A stretch of 63,758 bases of DNA, the filler included, from Reticulomyxa filosa (taxonomy: Eukaryota > Protista > Foraminifera), in assembly GCA_000512085.1 (NCBI GenBank). It is 15 parts of 15 records of this genome, joined end to end, with 100 filler letters (N's around TTAATTAATTAA, not from the genome) between each part and the next. Parts side by side here need not be neighbours in the genome. Positions count along the whole stretch, not along the records: positions 41,649 to 58,627 come from ASPP01004645.1; positions 58,728 to 62,601 come from ASPP01023997.1; positions 62,702 to 63,758 come from ASPP01046244.1; 12 more parts are not named here. One strand, 5' to 3'. Position 1 is the stretch's first letter. Every line of letters begins with the position of its first letter. Shown here in pieces: positions 51,024 to 63,758 of this stretch. A model generated the notes under the pieces. It was not told the origin of the DNA, did not search any database, and saw only the letters and a program-made list of their open reading frames with translations. The position numbers and the translations under genes are program-made.

Positions 51024-54000
51024 TTATGTTCTCGTTTCAATACGTAAAGGCTTGAGCAGGTTTTTTTGCTCTTGATTGTAATCATCATGCAAACAGATCA
51101 CTTTGACACTGTTTCCATTGACGTCATGGTAACTCGGATTCTTTGGACTGCGTTGGGTCCTTCGACTAGACAAGTTTTCAGACGGCACTGGACTTGTGGA
51201 CTGGGCGTTTGATAATTGCATAGTATTTTCATAAAAACTACTAGTGCAGTAATTCCCAGCATATCTAGATACTACCAAAACAACAAAGCAATAGCAATAA
51301 ATACCCAACTTCTTTTTTTTTTCCCTTCCATCTGAAACAAAAAACGGAGCCAGTAGCCTGCATACCAGAAAAGACGAAGTCAGCAAAGTGCTACGTGATC
51401 TGGACAAAATGGCAGAGCCAGCTGTGATATTAGGTGTCGCATCCATTTGCTGTGTGACCTGAAAGATGAAACTGTCAACAAACCCAACAAATCCATTTCC
51501 CAAGAACCATTGGCTTATATCTGTTGACAAATCAAATTGCGAATGGAGAGAAACAGGAACGGTTTGACTGTATCCGTTCACTGTGACTTTGACAAAGTCC
51601 ATACTGATGTGCACTGTTATTTTGCTCCACTGCAAATACTGGATTGAAGTACCGCAATTATCGTCATCGAAAATATAAGATTTTTTTTTAAATCGTTTAA
51701 TGAGTCTTGCTGCAAAAGCTGCACGCTTAACCCATCACACTCTATTTTCATTTTACCAAAAAAAAAAAAAAAAAAAAAAGAGTGTCATCAATTGAGATTA
51801 TTAGTGATTTCTTTCCTCTTTTTTTTTTTTTTTGTTCTTTTCAATATTGTTTAAAACTCGGATTTGGTTGCAATTGCAAAATGCATCTTGACATGTCAGT
51901 GTTAACAATTGTGAAGAGGGCTTGATCAGCAATGTGGATGGTGTATTCTGGGTAGATGTCCAGTGTATACGTAAACTGCAAAATAGTGTCATTTGCAAAC
52001 ATGGACAAATCTGGTGGGAATAAAATCACCATAAATGCTGGTTGTAGGTACAGCGAACCTTCGCTTCCAGTTTCGACGATGCTTGAGTTGTACTCAAATA
52101 CACTCTCTTGCAAGTCAATGTACTCTTCATATTTAGAGCCACTCCCATTGAAGTGCAACACTACCAAATAAGAAGTATCATAGCACCTATTAGGAAACAT
52201 TTTTTTAAAAAAAATTCTTACGTACAAATGATAAAATGTACGTATACAATAGACTCTTTTTTTTTTTTTTTTTTGAGAGAGGAGTGGGAAAAGAGAGAGT
52301 GAAAAAAACAACTATATATACATATATGAAAGATAATGATAAATAACTTTCCGCTTTGCAATGTGTATCCAACTTTGCAAGCAGTGCAAGACCGCATGAT
52401 AGTGTCGCAATACACACAATTGGAGTCTGTACACAACGAAGAGGTTAAGTTGGGATAGCCCATCGGTACGTGTTTTTTTGGAGTGCCTGACAACTGTTGA
52501 TCGTATCGATAGTCTACGTACTCGTCGCCCAAGTAAAAGCGCACTTTGCCGGTACGCGAGTCACCTACAGCTGCGTCAATTACATATCTGTGGCGGAGAT
52601 ACGCGCTAAATTGAATGGGGTAATCTTGCCAAAATGGACGCGTCAATCTAATGCCTCCAAGATTTCCTAATGCAAACTGGTAGTATATACTTTGGCACAC
52701 CAAAATGACGTCAATATCACTGATCATAAAGGCTGCGTCAATGTGGCCACAATTCAAAAACCTATATACATATACATTTGCATATATCCTTTTAAAAAAA
52801 ACTGAACTTTTTTAACATATGCGTACATGCGCATGTATGCACAATTTTGGTTTTAACAAAAAAAAAAAAAAAAAAAAAGCGTAACGCGTCAGGTAAAAAT
52901 CCAAAGGGTGAGTTTTTTGTAAGCGAGATTGGAAGTGTATCTAACTGGGCTTGGCTCCATGGTTTGCTCAAATCAACTCTTACAAAGGAAAAATTCTTAA
53001 AAAAATATGCAATATCTTGGGAGGTGGCAAAACATGCATCAAGGTGGTCTGTCCACGCATGCAGCGGAAAAGCAGAGACAATGGATTGCGGGTAGCCTTC
53101 ATCTGGAAAGGTCTGTTCCAAACCTTTGGAATACTTTGCAAATTGCTGTTGCTGAAATAAATACAAGTGCCCATATGAATCGATAAATGCACAATCAATT
53201 TGAGGATTTCGAGCGTTGCACTCACTCGATTTCACACGCGTGCAGTTACGATGACAGCATTGCGGGTCTAAATGGCTCTCGCATTCCTCGTTTGTTTCCC
53301 ATAGTGCATTACCACAAGTAGAGTCCGGACAAGGATACTTTTTGGAGTCACACTCAATTATTTTGGATTGAGGCTTTGCAATTCTCTTACAATCAGAGTC
53401 ATTTGTCACATACGTTCGACCTGTGGAGTCACTTCGTATGCACTCTATACTTTCGCTGTTCACAAAGACAATGAACGATACATTTTTTTGATTGGTCCAT
53501 AATTAAAAGTGACTAAAAAAAAAGTTAAAAGACGAAGAGTAAGCAAAATACGTATATATATTAAACGTGGAGTAAACAAAATCGCCACATGGCCAACAGC
53601 TATTGAATATCCCTGTCTGTCGCCAACGATAGTGGATGCCTCCATAGTCTTTAATTGACCAACAATGTGAACGACGTCCTGACTGCATAGACCAGGTGAT
53701 ACCTGAGCACAACTCCGCTTTTCGAAAGGGGTGAAATTGGTACGTATCTTTATAGACTCCACCTCCGTAATCCATAATCCCTCCTGTTTTACTACTGCCG
53801 TTTTCGAAGGAGTCTTTTGCGCCAAATATGTGTCCAACTTCGTGTGCTAATATGTACCACGTATTTTGATAATTGTAGTTTACAACCCCTGCTGCATAAC
53901 CGCCTCTATTTTTTTTTTTTTTTTTTATAAATACACTTTGTACTAGTTGTTTGTTTTTTTCAATTGTTACAAAAATTGAGTGACTCCATTCCTGCACTTC

Positions 54001-55384
54001 AAACTCGTTTTGACTCTGTTTTTTTGTTCTCTCTTTTATACGAACTTTCGACACAAAGTACGAATCCAAGCAGTACCGCCCCTCCCGCAGGCACTTAGCA
54101 AAATCCAAGCTGCATTTCGGTCCATTGAAGAGCAGTCATCAGTAGTGTTTTCGTGCGCTGTGCAATTATTGGATTTGAAATCATACCAACTTGACGCCCA
54201 TGCTGTCATCTTGTTGAGCTGGTCTGTTGTATCTCCTTGCAATTTGCAGGTGCGACCACCAATGTCATCATTGGTTGGAATATCATTGAACGTAAAAAAA
54301 GGAACATTTCCCATAAGCACGTCTCCAATAGCAACATAAACGTTAAGTTGCTTCTCATACACTCCGTTCAGGTCAGTGAACATTGTGTCAAGAAAGTCAA
54401 ATAAACGTTTGCTTGAGCCACCTTTTTATTTTATTGTTTTTTTTTAAGTTGCTTATCGTGAAGACTAATGAACTTTATGTTTTTTTATAGAAAAGGACAA
54501 CGGTGAAAAAGAAAGGGGAAAGTGTACCAAATTCAGCCAAAAATCCATTATCAATCAAAAGTCCTATTTTGACAGATTGCAAATGCAAATACTGATCTTT
54601 GAAACAATTATCAAACGGCGTGATACTTGCTAAAATACGTCGAAATGCTTCAGTTTGCCTATTGATTGTTTTAGGTGCAGCTTGCACAATGCAAATAAGT
54701 ACAAGTCTTTACATATATAAATTTGATGTTATGTGGAACCACACGTAACGTTGTTGAATAATCCAAGCCTTTAAAAGGGCCTATCTGGTTATAAGGTTTG
54801 ATCAAGAGGCGTAATGGCGCGCAATGATTATGTGCAACCAGTTGCGGTCGTATTTCATACAAAGCGTCTTCCGTCCAAATTTTGGCATTAAATTCCAAGC
54901 ACTCTCCAGATATGACATGGTTTATGTCACTGACAAAGGACAAAGATACAGAATATTTTCTCTGTTGCTTTTTGTGAACGTTTGTGTTTACTGAGGCGTG
55001 GCCCAAATACGAACGGTATTTACGAAAAGTGTCAATACTAGGCTTTTTCTTTTTATAGTAATACAAAATACTACTGTTTTCATCGTGCAGTTGCTCAAAT
55101 AAGCGCAGCGTCATTCCAAAAAACAAAGTCTTGTGTCCAATACAATTAGGCTGAGGGACTGCGTTAAAATATAATTCAATTTTTTCGTGCAAAGAGTTGC
55201 CATTTTCTGATAAGTACCGTCGAGGCACACCCTCGTGCACGATGTATGTTACATTCGAAATTTCAATAGGGCAACCCTCGTATAAACTCACGTTTAACTC
55301 AGGTGTTTGCTCGAAATTACGAATTTTAGCTTGATTTACAAGTAACAAATTACAAAATACATACACCAATCGACTACTTCGCAT
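51024..55384 (-). CDS. Secreted or membrane reprolysin-type (M12B-like) metalloprotease with TSP1-like, disintegrin-like, hemopexin, Cys-rich and LamG-like modules
   Basis: N-terminal hydrophobic leader and prodomain; AHEVGHIFGAKD and Met-turn GIMDY; CIRS..DSDC..KP..EC..YPCP; CGNALWETNEECE..CC; IDCAF/LDACF/IDAAF/IDAAV hemopexin repeats with GYPQSI; CTDSNCVYC..CTACKVGY; WSKITV..VTVNG..FLGNGFVG. Confidence 0.85.
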
Positions 55385-56397
55385 TGCCTTTACTTTTCTT
55401 AACGGGCTTGGGGTTTTTCTATGCAACAGTTGAAATCTTAAAAAAAATTACAAAAGTGATGTTGAGCTTTGAAGCGTCACTTCATAGAAACGAAACAATC
55501 GGAAAACAAATGTCTAGTTTCATGCGTTTTCGAGTTTGTAGAACAGGCTTAACAATAAATGAAATCAATCAAGGAACTTCTCACTTTACAGAATTATAGC
55601 AAAGACGAAAAACATGAAAAAGAAGATTTCATGATATTATACTTCATGTCTTCTTCTTGTTTTCTTGCTCCAATAAGAGAAAAATACTTAATTCCATAGA
55701 ACACGTCTTCTTTTCAACTCAAAATGTTTCGTTGAAATACAAGCCACCAAATAGATTTCAAATTATCCGAAATATAATGAGTAAAAACAATAGCTCATAA
55801 ATAAAAATTTTCACTTTTACACAATTTCGAAAGAAACGTATTAATTTTTATTGATATGCAAATAGTGCGTTATTTATGAGTTGGCAACATCTTATCCCAA
55901 ATAATTTTTTTAAGATGATTTGTCGATTTTATTTTATTTAGCGGCTTCTCTTGAATATACTTTCAATTAAATAATTTAACGTTGAAAAACGGATATAAAC
56001 ACATCACATTCATTCTCACGAACAATTTCAAAAGGACTACTTAATTATTTCTTTTATTTTTTATCGTTTACTTGTTTCCGTTTGTTTCTAGAAAAGTATT
56101 CTTATTTTTTACGGTATTATTTTTTCAAAAAATGGCAAGATAGTCACTGCAATAAAACAGTTTGTCAGCATTACTTTTGTTAGTGGCAATGATAAAAGAT
56201 TGTAATAAAAATTTAAAAAATCTCGAATATTAGTGAGTTTTTTATAACAAATACTACTAAACTTATTGTTCTAAAAAAGCTGACTGTTATTATAATCTAC
56301 AAAAGCGCACAAACAAAAAAAGTTCAAAGTGTGAAAAATATTCAATGAAAATTTTGTGTTGAAATTTCAGATTATTGATCATTCTTGTGTTGGGAAG

Positions 56398-57240
56398 ATG
56401 CCTCGTTCAGATCGGCGAAGGGATACACTTCCATTGTTGCTGTTGCTATCGCAATTGCGAGAAATAGGTCTGGACAACGTACCTCCGGTGACACTGTTGA
56501 TCTTTGTCGTTAACGTGGCCGTGCATCTGTTTGTGTACGAGATTGGATTAGATGAGGTGTGCCTAATTCCAGTGTTAGTATTCAACTACCACGAATATAT
56601 CCGAATTTTCTTGTCTCCATTTTTCCACGGAGACAATTGGCATTTGTATTACAACATGGTCTCGCTCCTCTGGAAAGGCAAGCAGTTGGAAGAATCACCT
56701 ATGGGCTCAAATCGCTTTCTGTTTTTTGTGCTCATAGCCATCCCTGCCACTTCTATTCTTCACCTTGCAATTGCACAAATGGCGAGTTCTTTTTTTGGCG
56801 CCGATCAATACGTCCACCAGTGTTGCGTTGGTTTTTCTGGTATTTTATTTGCAATGAAAGTAAGTTCAGAGTTTTAAGAGAGCCCCTTTTTTTTTTTTTT
56901 TATTTAATGAGATGACGTGTACTAAAAAAAAAAAAAATTAATCAAATAGGTCATTCTGACTTACAACAGTCCAGGCTATGCGGAATATTGGGGACTTCAC
57001 ATTCCAATGAAATATCTGGCATGGTTTGAATTGGTGTTGATTCAAATGGTCACTCCCAATGCATCGCTATTGGGTCACTTGTGTGGCATTCTCGTCGGAT
57101 TGCTCTATGTCCGGGGCGTGTTCAATCTGATCTTCCGTCTCACTGATCGATTACCTATTAATAATATCTTGGCGGCCTTCCGGGCACGTCGGCATGCTCA
57201 ACATCAACATCATCCTTACTACGAATTTCATTACACATAA
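56398..57240 (+). CDS. RHBDD1: Rhomboid intramembrane serine protease, RHBDD1/RHBDL4-like (2 exons)
   Basis: IGLDNVPPVTL, FFHGDNWHLYYNMVSLLWKGKQLE, catalytic CVGFSGILFAMK, WFELVLIQ..PNASLLGHLCGILVG; intron ~56860-56949. Confidence 0.92.
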
Positions 57241-57652
57241 CCAAAAGAGAGAATAAAAAAGTAACAACATGTTTACTTTTTTTAAAATATAAAAAAATAT
57301 CTCGAACCAAGGTCTCACTTTCATTGTAGTAGTTGAATCAAAATCTTTTCAAAAATTGCAACGAAGATTATTTTCATTTTTTAAATTTAATTTTTTAACT
57401 AAATTAAAAAGTTTATAAATTAACATAAATCTCCTCATTCACAAAATTACTAATGGGCGTCAAAAAGAAACTCTCTTTTATGCAAAAGACTGGTTAGTTC
57501 CAGCAAGCAATTTCATGAAAAAACAAAACGGGGAAAATGGAAATAAAAATAAGAGAAGTGATAGGTTTCTGTAATGTCCATTTCATGAAACATTTCTGCA
57601 CATTTCAAGATTATTTCGAAATAGACTTGCAATTGCAACTTGAACTAAGGAT

Positions 57653-58574
57653 ATGAGCAACCGATATGAGGATTTGAGTGAAGAAGCGGAAAAAATCAAC
57701 CGTGAGTTTGTGTTTGTAGTGATTTGAGGATGAGAAAAGCATTGTGATGGAAATGTTGGTTGAAAACATAAAGGCTCACACTTGAAGCAACAACAATGCA
57801 AAAATTGCAGGATGGAGTGGTCGAAGCGAACGTTGAAGCTATGTTACGGAATATTGTGTATTGTATGTGTAGCACTCGGAGGGATATGCACATATTCCTC
57901 CAATTCAGTTGAGTTGAACTTTAGAGAACAAAGAAGAAGAAAAAAAGGGAGGGGGGGAGAGAGGAATACATAAAGGAACAGAGTAAAAATTAAAAAGGAT
58001 TTTATCAACAAAAAAAAAAAAAGGATAGAAAAAAAAACAAAAACATGAAATGACAAAACAGGTGAAAATGCAAGAGTTTCCACCTTACAGTGACATCGAA
58101 GACTGCAAGTTGGGAGGACACCATAACAACACATCTTGGGGTAAGAACTGCACTGTCATTTACACCATCGACTATGACTTTCCAACCCCGATTTACTTTT
58201 ATTACAAACTAACCAATTTTTTTCAAGTTTGTGTCTTTTTTTTTTTTTTTCTTTTATTTATTAATTAATCAATTAACTTAATTAATGTATTTTTGTTGTT
58301 GTTTTTTTTTTCCCCCTCCACTCTTTTTTTTTTTTTGCAAAATGGCTCCAAATTTTTTAAGACAAACATAAGAGTGTAGGTGGATATGCGTATATATGTA
58401 TATGCATATATGATAACAATGTGTAATAGAATCATCGCACGTATGTGCCATCACGAACAGACGTTCAACTGAATGGAGAAGACCCAAGCGACGTGTCCGA
58501 CTGTAGTCCCATCCAAAAGTACAAAAACGTCAAAGTAATCCCTTGTGGTCTTATAGCCAACTCTTTCTTCAATG
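57653..58574 (+). CDS. CDC50: CDC50/LEM3 family P4-ATPase beta subunit, N-terminal part
   Basis: LKQQ.., TM1 (LCYGILCIVCVALGGIC), PIYFYYKLTNFFQ|NHRTYVPSR..QLNG, CSP, IPCGLIANSFFN; truncated by the gap. Confidence 0.9.
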
Positions 58575-58582
58575 GTTCGATA

Positions 58583-58627
<45 letters not shown>

Positions 58628-58727
58628 NNNNNNNNNNNNNNNNNNNNNNNNNNNNNNNNNNNNNNNNNNNNTTAATTAATTAANNNNNNNNNNNNNNNNN
58701 NNNNNNNNNNNNNNNNNNNNNNNNNNN

Positions 58728-58766
<39 letters not shown>

Positions 58767-58854
58767 TCTTTCATTTTGTTTTGTTATTTTGTTGATATAT
58801 AAAACAAATAATAAAAATAAACAATTGAAATCGTTTTCACTAATATTATGGGAC

Positions 58855-60746
58855 AGACCATTCAAAAAATTGTTTCGATGGGGAAAAGACGTGACCAAAC
58901 AGCTCACTTGGAAAGCACGAGCAACAGCATCGCAAGTGGAATTTTGGCAAAACTCACAAGTCGGAAAAATACGCATAACTTGTCTAGAACAACAAACTCA
59001 AAAACTGAGACTAAATCATTGGATTCCAACGTCGCAATACTGCCAATTAAAACAAAAATCAGAACATATTTTGACATGGCGAGCAATAGATGAAACGATC
59101 ACAGCGGAAGAAAAAGAGGGTCCAATGGTTACAATGTTTTCCATCAAGTTCGACAATACCAATGATGTTGTATTGTTTCAAAAAACCTTCATTGATGCTC
59201 AAAAGTTCAACGAGTGTCACTCTGAACAATCTTCGTTCCAAGGTTTGGAACAAAGCAGCAAAGACAAAGAACCTGAAAAAAGAGAGGTGGATAATGAACA
59301 TGCGCCTGCGAATACGACAATCGATGAGTCATTTTCTCAAAATCAATCTGCTGATCTCAGTTTCAATTTCAATAACAACAGCAAAGACAATGGAGACGAA
59401 AATACCGAGGAAATGCGTCAACGCACAATGAAATATGAACAAGCACAAAAAGCATCGTCATTACTTGGAAATGCAGGCGGAGATCAAATGAATAGTGGAG
59501 CTGCTTTTCAGTTCGATGTTGATACCACTTCCGTTGAAATCGTTTCGCCATTGCAATTCAAAGTTATTTTTGAAAGAAAAAAAAAAAAAAATGTATTCTT
59601 TTTCTAATCTTTTTATTTATTTACTTTATTAATATTAATAATGAAAAAAAGATGCAAAGCGGCGTAGACTTGGAGTTTGCTCAAGATATTCCAAAGGCAG
59701 ATGTATCATTTGGTATGCTATCAGATACTCAAGCCACCAATGTAGATGCTCAAAAAGAACAGCCAAATGAACATGCTCAACTTTCTACAGATGTCAGTGT
59801 TTATGAGTTTATCGAAGAGGACCAACCCGGAGATTCAAAGCCTTCTGCAAGCACAAGAGAAAAAGACAATGGAGTGTATGCATTGAAAAAACGTGCTTAT
59901 TCTTAAACTTCAAAGTCAATGTCAAAATGAGGACAACAATTACAAAAAAAAAAAAAAAATGTGTTGTTTATGTTCAGGTTTGATGAATGGAACAGTCAAG
60001 GATTTGCTAATTTCACAAGTAATGAAGGAGATACTGGCTTCAGCTCTGCTCAAGACTGGGGGCACTTTGATGACTCAACCGATCCTTTCAATGTGAAGAA
60101 TTTTGTGCAGTCAAATGACGGAGAACAAGACGAAGAATGGGATTTTGATCCCAAAAAACAAGTCGATAATGGAGGGGTGGAAGGAGACGATGAAAATTGC
60201 TGTGAATGCACAGTCCAGCCGCTTGTTGAATTGGAGGAAAAATCAGTACCGACTGGGACAGACAATGAAACAAAAACTCACCACTTGTTACGTTAGGGAG
60301 AGTTTGCTATGCTTTTTTTATTTTATGTGCATTGTGTACACATACATATATGTACATATGTATGTTCAAATAGCCACGTTACTCAATTATATCGATGGGG
60401 AAAGAATGTGACACAACAATTCGAATGGAAAAATCGAGCAAAAGACACCAGCATTGAGTTTTGGCAGGATAACAAGACTGGCAAAATACGAATTATTTGT
60501 AGAGAGAATTTAACAGGAAAATTGAGAATGAATCAATTTGTCTCTAATAGTCCTAATGTTAAGGAGTTGTCCCCGCAGAGCTGCAAGTGGGGTCCTTGTG
60601 TAGACGATAGTATTGCCCAAGAAGAGAATAATCAAGGTGTGTCATTGTGGGCAGTGAAATTTGCAGCCCCTGAATTGTGCAAACAATTCCAGAGCGCGTT
60701 GTCTGAGGCAGCTGAAAAAAATAAACAAGCTCAGGAAGCAAAATAA
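58855..60746 (+). CDS. Protein with at least two divergent RanBP1-type Ran-binding domains and an acidic FxF-containing linker (fragment)
   Basis: KLFRW..TWKARA..KIRI..KLRLNHWI..FSIKF and VQPLVEL..VPTG..QLYRW..EWKNRA..KIRIICRE..KLRMNQFV..WAVKF resemble RanBP1 (KLFRF..EWKERG..IRLLMR..ICANH..AIRF). Confidence 0.75.
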
Positions 60747-60985
60747 TTGTTATTTTGATTATCATTCGTCTTTCTTTTTTCGTGATTTTAAAAATCTTTC
60801 ATCATTGAACAATGCAAAGGCAAAAACTTTTTCCAAGTTTATTAATAATAGTTAACTTCTTGTGAGTTGCAATATACTGTTTCACACCATAAAATTAACA
60901 ATGCAACTCAAACAAGCGTTTTTTACAATTAAACCATAAAAGTACAATTGATATATCCATTCCCTTACAATTTTTCTTTTTAAGT

Positions 60986-62515
60986 CTACCACAAAGAACC
61001 GTCTTCAGGAGTTGTAGTAATCACTACTTTCAGTTTCTGTGATCGGTTAGAAAAGTTATTATTTCTTGTTGAAATAAAACTAAACTCTGTTGTTTTACTT
61101 GTGCTGGTAAGCACATCTTCGTTGATACAAGCAATAATGCCTTGACGAAATGCACCACTAACATTGTTGAGCAAATAATTAAGCACACCACTGCTTCCAG
61201 AAGAGCCAGCAATCAAGCTCTTAGCATCTTGAACACTTCGGTAAAATCCAGCACTGCCTAAAGTTAGTTGACAGTCTTGTGATGACACTTTGGTTTGCGG
61301 AAATAACGGGTGATGGCATTGCACATTATCAAAAAAAGTAGTGCTTGCTTTGTCGTATGCTGTCGGATAATTCTCGTCCATAGCTTGAGATTGAACTAAA
61401 TTTGATCGGTCACTACCTTCACGACCTTCACCATCATCACCAGTTTGCCCATCACCTCCAGGATTTCCATTATTGTGAGTATTACTTCCTTCCCATTGAA
61501 AGTGTATGCATTCCCCAGGCTGGATAAACACAATTTGTGGCTCAAAGTCATATTCAATGGCAGGGAACGTTTGTACAATGTTGCCACGTTTTCCGCGTAC
61601 ATTTACATTGTATACCTTGGCGGATTGCCATGATGCATCACTTGGTCGTTTGCATACCAAAAAGGTGTGCGAATTGTCCTGGAAAGTTCGTCCAGTTTGT
61701 GCTGTATTTATGGCCAGGCGTAATCCTTGCGCAAATGTCCCAACGTCCACAGTTGGGTTTTGCAAAATAGGTGATATCACACCTTGGTTATCGTCTTGGT
61801 TCATCCGATAGTCTGTGTTGTACGGATCGTAGTCCATTGTACTCATATTGTATCGTAATCGAAGCATCATTCGTACACAATCTGTTGATGTGGAATAATC
61901 AGCATCGGAGTCACCGGTATCAGAGATGTCATATTTGTACTGATAGCAAAAGTGTTTGCTGTTCAGTTCTTCCACAGTTGGTAATACCCAGTCATAGCCC
62001 GCCATTTTGCCGCCTCGTTTTGATCCATCTATATTACCGAGGTAATTGTCACGAGTATAATAGCTTTGCACACATTCTGGTTGCTCACCTTTCCACGAGA
62101 AACCACTCCAAGTGTATCCACTAAGAGCTTTGCAACTAGTTTCATTCAAATTTGCAGCTGCACCATTCTGTCAAATAAATCAATGAAAAAAAAGATGTTG
62201 GGGATCGCTGAAATGAAAGAGATTAAAAAAAAAACCTGAGAAGGAAGCCAAGTGTCAATGCTAGTGCTTGGGGTAACACCTGATACAATACATTGATACT
62301 TTGGCTGCACATTTTGCGATTGAGGAGCAATGTTGTCCTTGCACCATTGAACGTCTGGTGTAATGATAGCAATGTCATGAAATGGGGATGGATTCCACCA
62401 CGGATAATAATCTCTTTCTTCCTGACATTCCAGACCGAATCGATTTCCAGCAGGGTTTTGACGAGTATGCGTTTGAGATCCCCCTTGTAACATCTGGTCT
62501 GCAGTAAATAATCCT
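60986..62515 (-). CDS. DD3-3 family protein, C-terminal part
   Basis: TRQNPAGNRFGLECQEERDYYPWW, TRDNYLGN, RLRYNMST, LAINTAQTGRTFQD, NVRGKRGNIVQTFPAIEYDF, GSDRSN and STRNNNFSNRSQK, recognised from memory as DD3-3-family motifs. Confidence 0.8.
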
Positions 62516-62979
62516 GTTCAACAAAAACATAAGTACAATGCGAATTTTTGGAAGCTTGAAGAAAGCTCTCCCATGCATCCATTTTTCCCCTCCCCCCCCT
62601 CNNNNNNNNNNNNNNNNNNNNNNNNNNNNNNNNNNNNNNNNNNNNTTAATTAATTAANNNNNNNNNNNNNNNNNNNNNNNNNNNNNNNNNNNNNNNNNNN
62701 NTGTCCTTGAATATTCATTTTTAATAATATTGCGAGAATAACAACTATAAATGAAAATGTTTTGTTTGTATGCTATACATTTGTAAGTTTGAGTGGAATA
62801 TGCAAAGAGGCTAAGTTTCAAAAAGAATTTAACATGTCTATGCTGACTTTTTCTCATATAAGATGCATCGAATTATTTTGTGAAAAAATTGAGTATGTAT
62901 TGTTTTTCTCATTTTTTCTCAATAACTAAGTAAAATGCAAAGAAAAGAATAATTTTAATGATTTGCATATAAAAAGTAA

Positions 62980-63540
62980 AGTGGGCAAAACCTTCAAACT
63001 TTGAAAGAGATTTCAATTATCGGTGTTATTAGGATTGATGAATATAGTTATTCGACTTTTAATGGGTATTTAAAAACTTGATTTTCAAAAATAGATTTTA
63101 CGTTGCAATTACGACCAGACAAAAGTTAATTTTTTTTTTTAACTGTATTGAATATGGTATCATTATGTGTTCAAGTAAAATAATTCTTTTTCATTTGTTA
63201 AGTATACCCACGTAAACAGGAATTTGAAAACAATTTTTTCATAAACAGCAAATAGGTACAAAAAACTCTTGTCGACTCTAAAAAGTTTTTGAAGTAGTTT
63301 TTTTTCGAGACGAAATAAAAAAATCTTGTTGTTTTTTGTTGACAAGCATATTAATCATAAATTACTCTGATACTCAAGTTTTTGATTTGTACATTCGTAG
63401 AGAGGACAAAATGTTATCTGATTAATGATATTTCATAAATTCGATTGTTTTATCATATTTTTATTTGCACATCTGTGCATTTCAGCGTTTTTTCTCATAG
63501 ACATGTTAATTGCAAATCTATGTTTTTCCCATAAAAGAAA
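62980..63540 (-). pseudogene. Possible TPR-repeat gene relic
   Basis: Minus-strand fragments such as KYDKTIEF/YEISL and ..EKTLK resemble TPR helix B (YDKAIEYYEKAL) but are heavily broken. Confidence 0.25.
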
Positions 63541-63758
63541 CAACTACCTCATTACAAACTGATATCCAATTTTGACACTTTTGCTTTAATTGGCACTACA
63601 CACTGACTGCGTAACTCAAAAACAGTGTTTTTAGAGTTTTTTTCATGTAATGCAAAAAAAAACGTTATATCTCTTTCTCATCAAGGAATCTCTTTTCGAA
63701 ATGTTTTCAACACAATGTAGGGCAAGCCCTTATCACACATAGTTGAACTTGTATGGAA

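Noticed and set aside
55790-55885. Short inverted repeat ctcataaataa / ttatttatgag
   Set aside because: Only about 11 bp and AT-rich, which is compatible with chance.
36920-58574. Functional linkage of the cyclase and CDC50, as in alveolate P4-ATPase-guanylate cyclase complexes
   Set aside because: They are on different contigs separated by artificial spacers, and no P4-ATPase domain is seen.

Overview
This is AT-rich eukaryotic DNA with many short GT-AG introns, long A/T homopolymers and microsatellites, and it uses the standard genetic code. The style resembles a rhizarian/foraminiferan draft genome such as Reticulomyxa; that is inference, not a search result. The window consists of 15 contigs joined by 14 identical artificial 100-nt spacers (N44-TTAATTAATTAA-N44), so adjacency across gaps is not established. 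Recognisable genes: a coiled-coil+WD40 protein, a macro-domain protein, a Rab8-type GTPase, a DEAD-box-like protein with degenerate catalytic motifs, a TRA2-type splicing factor, an EF-hand protein, a C2H2 zinc-finger fragment, a class III nucleotide cyclase fragment, PCNA, a VWA/LTD/EGF single-pass receptor, a PSTAIRE CDK, a multidomain reprolysin-type metalloprotease, an RHBDD1-type rhomboid, a CDC50 fragment, a tandem RanBD protein and a DD3-3 homologue. Also present are a LINE relic, a Tc1/mariner-like foldback MITE, other hairpin elements and decayed ORFs. Best leads: (1) a candidate poison exon and motif cluster in an unusually long TRA2 intron; (2) a beta-integrin/Sib/TRAP-like adhesion receptor carrying a lamin-tail domain; (3) an ADAM/ADAMTS/MMP-module chimeric protease with Asp as third zinc ligand; (4) a DEAD-box pseudo-helicase; (5) a two-copy hairpin element with compensatory changes. 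Exon boundaries were read by eye and are approximate.
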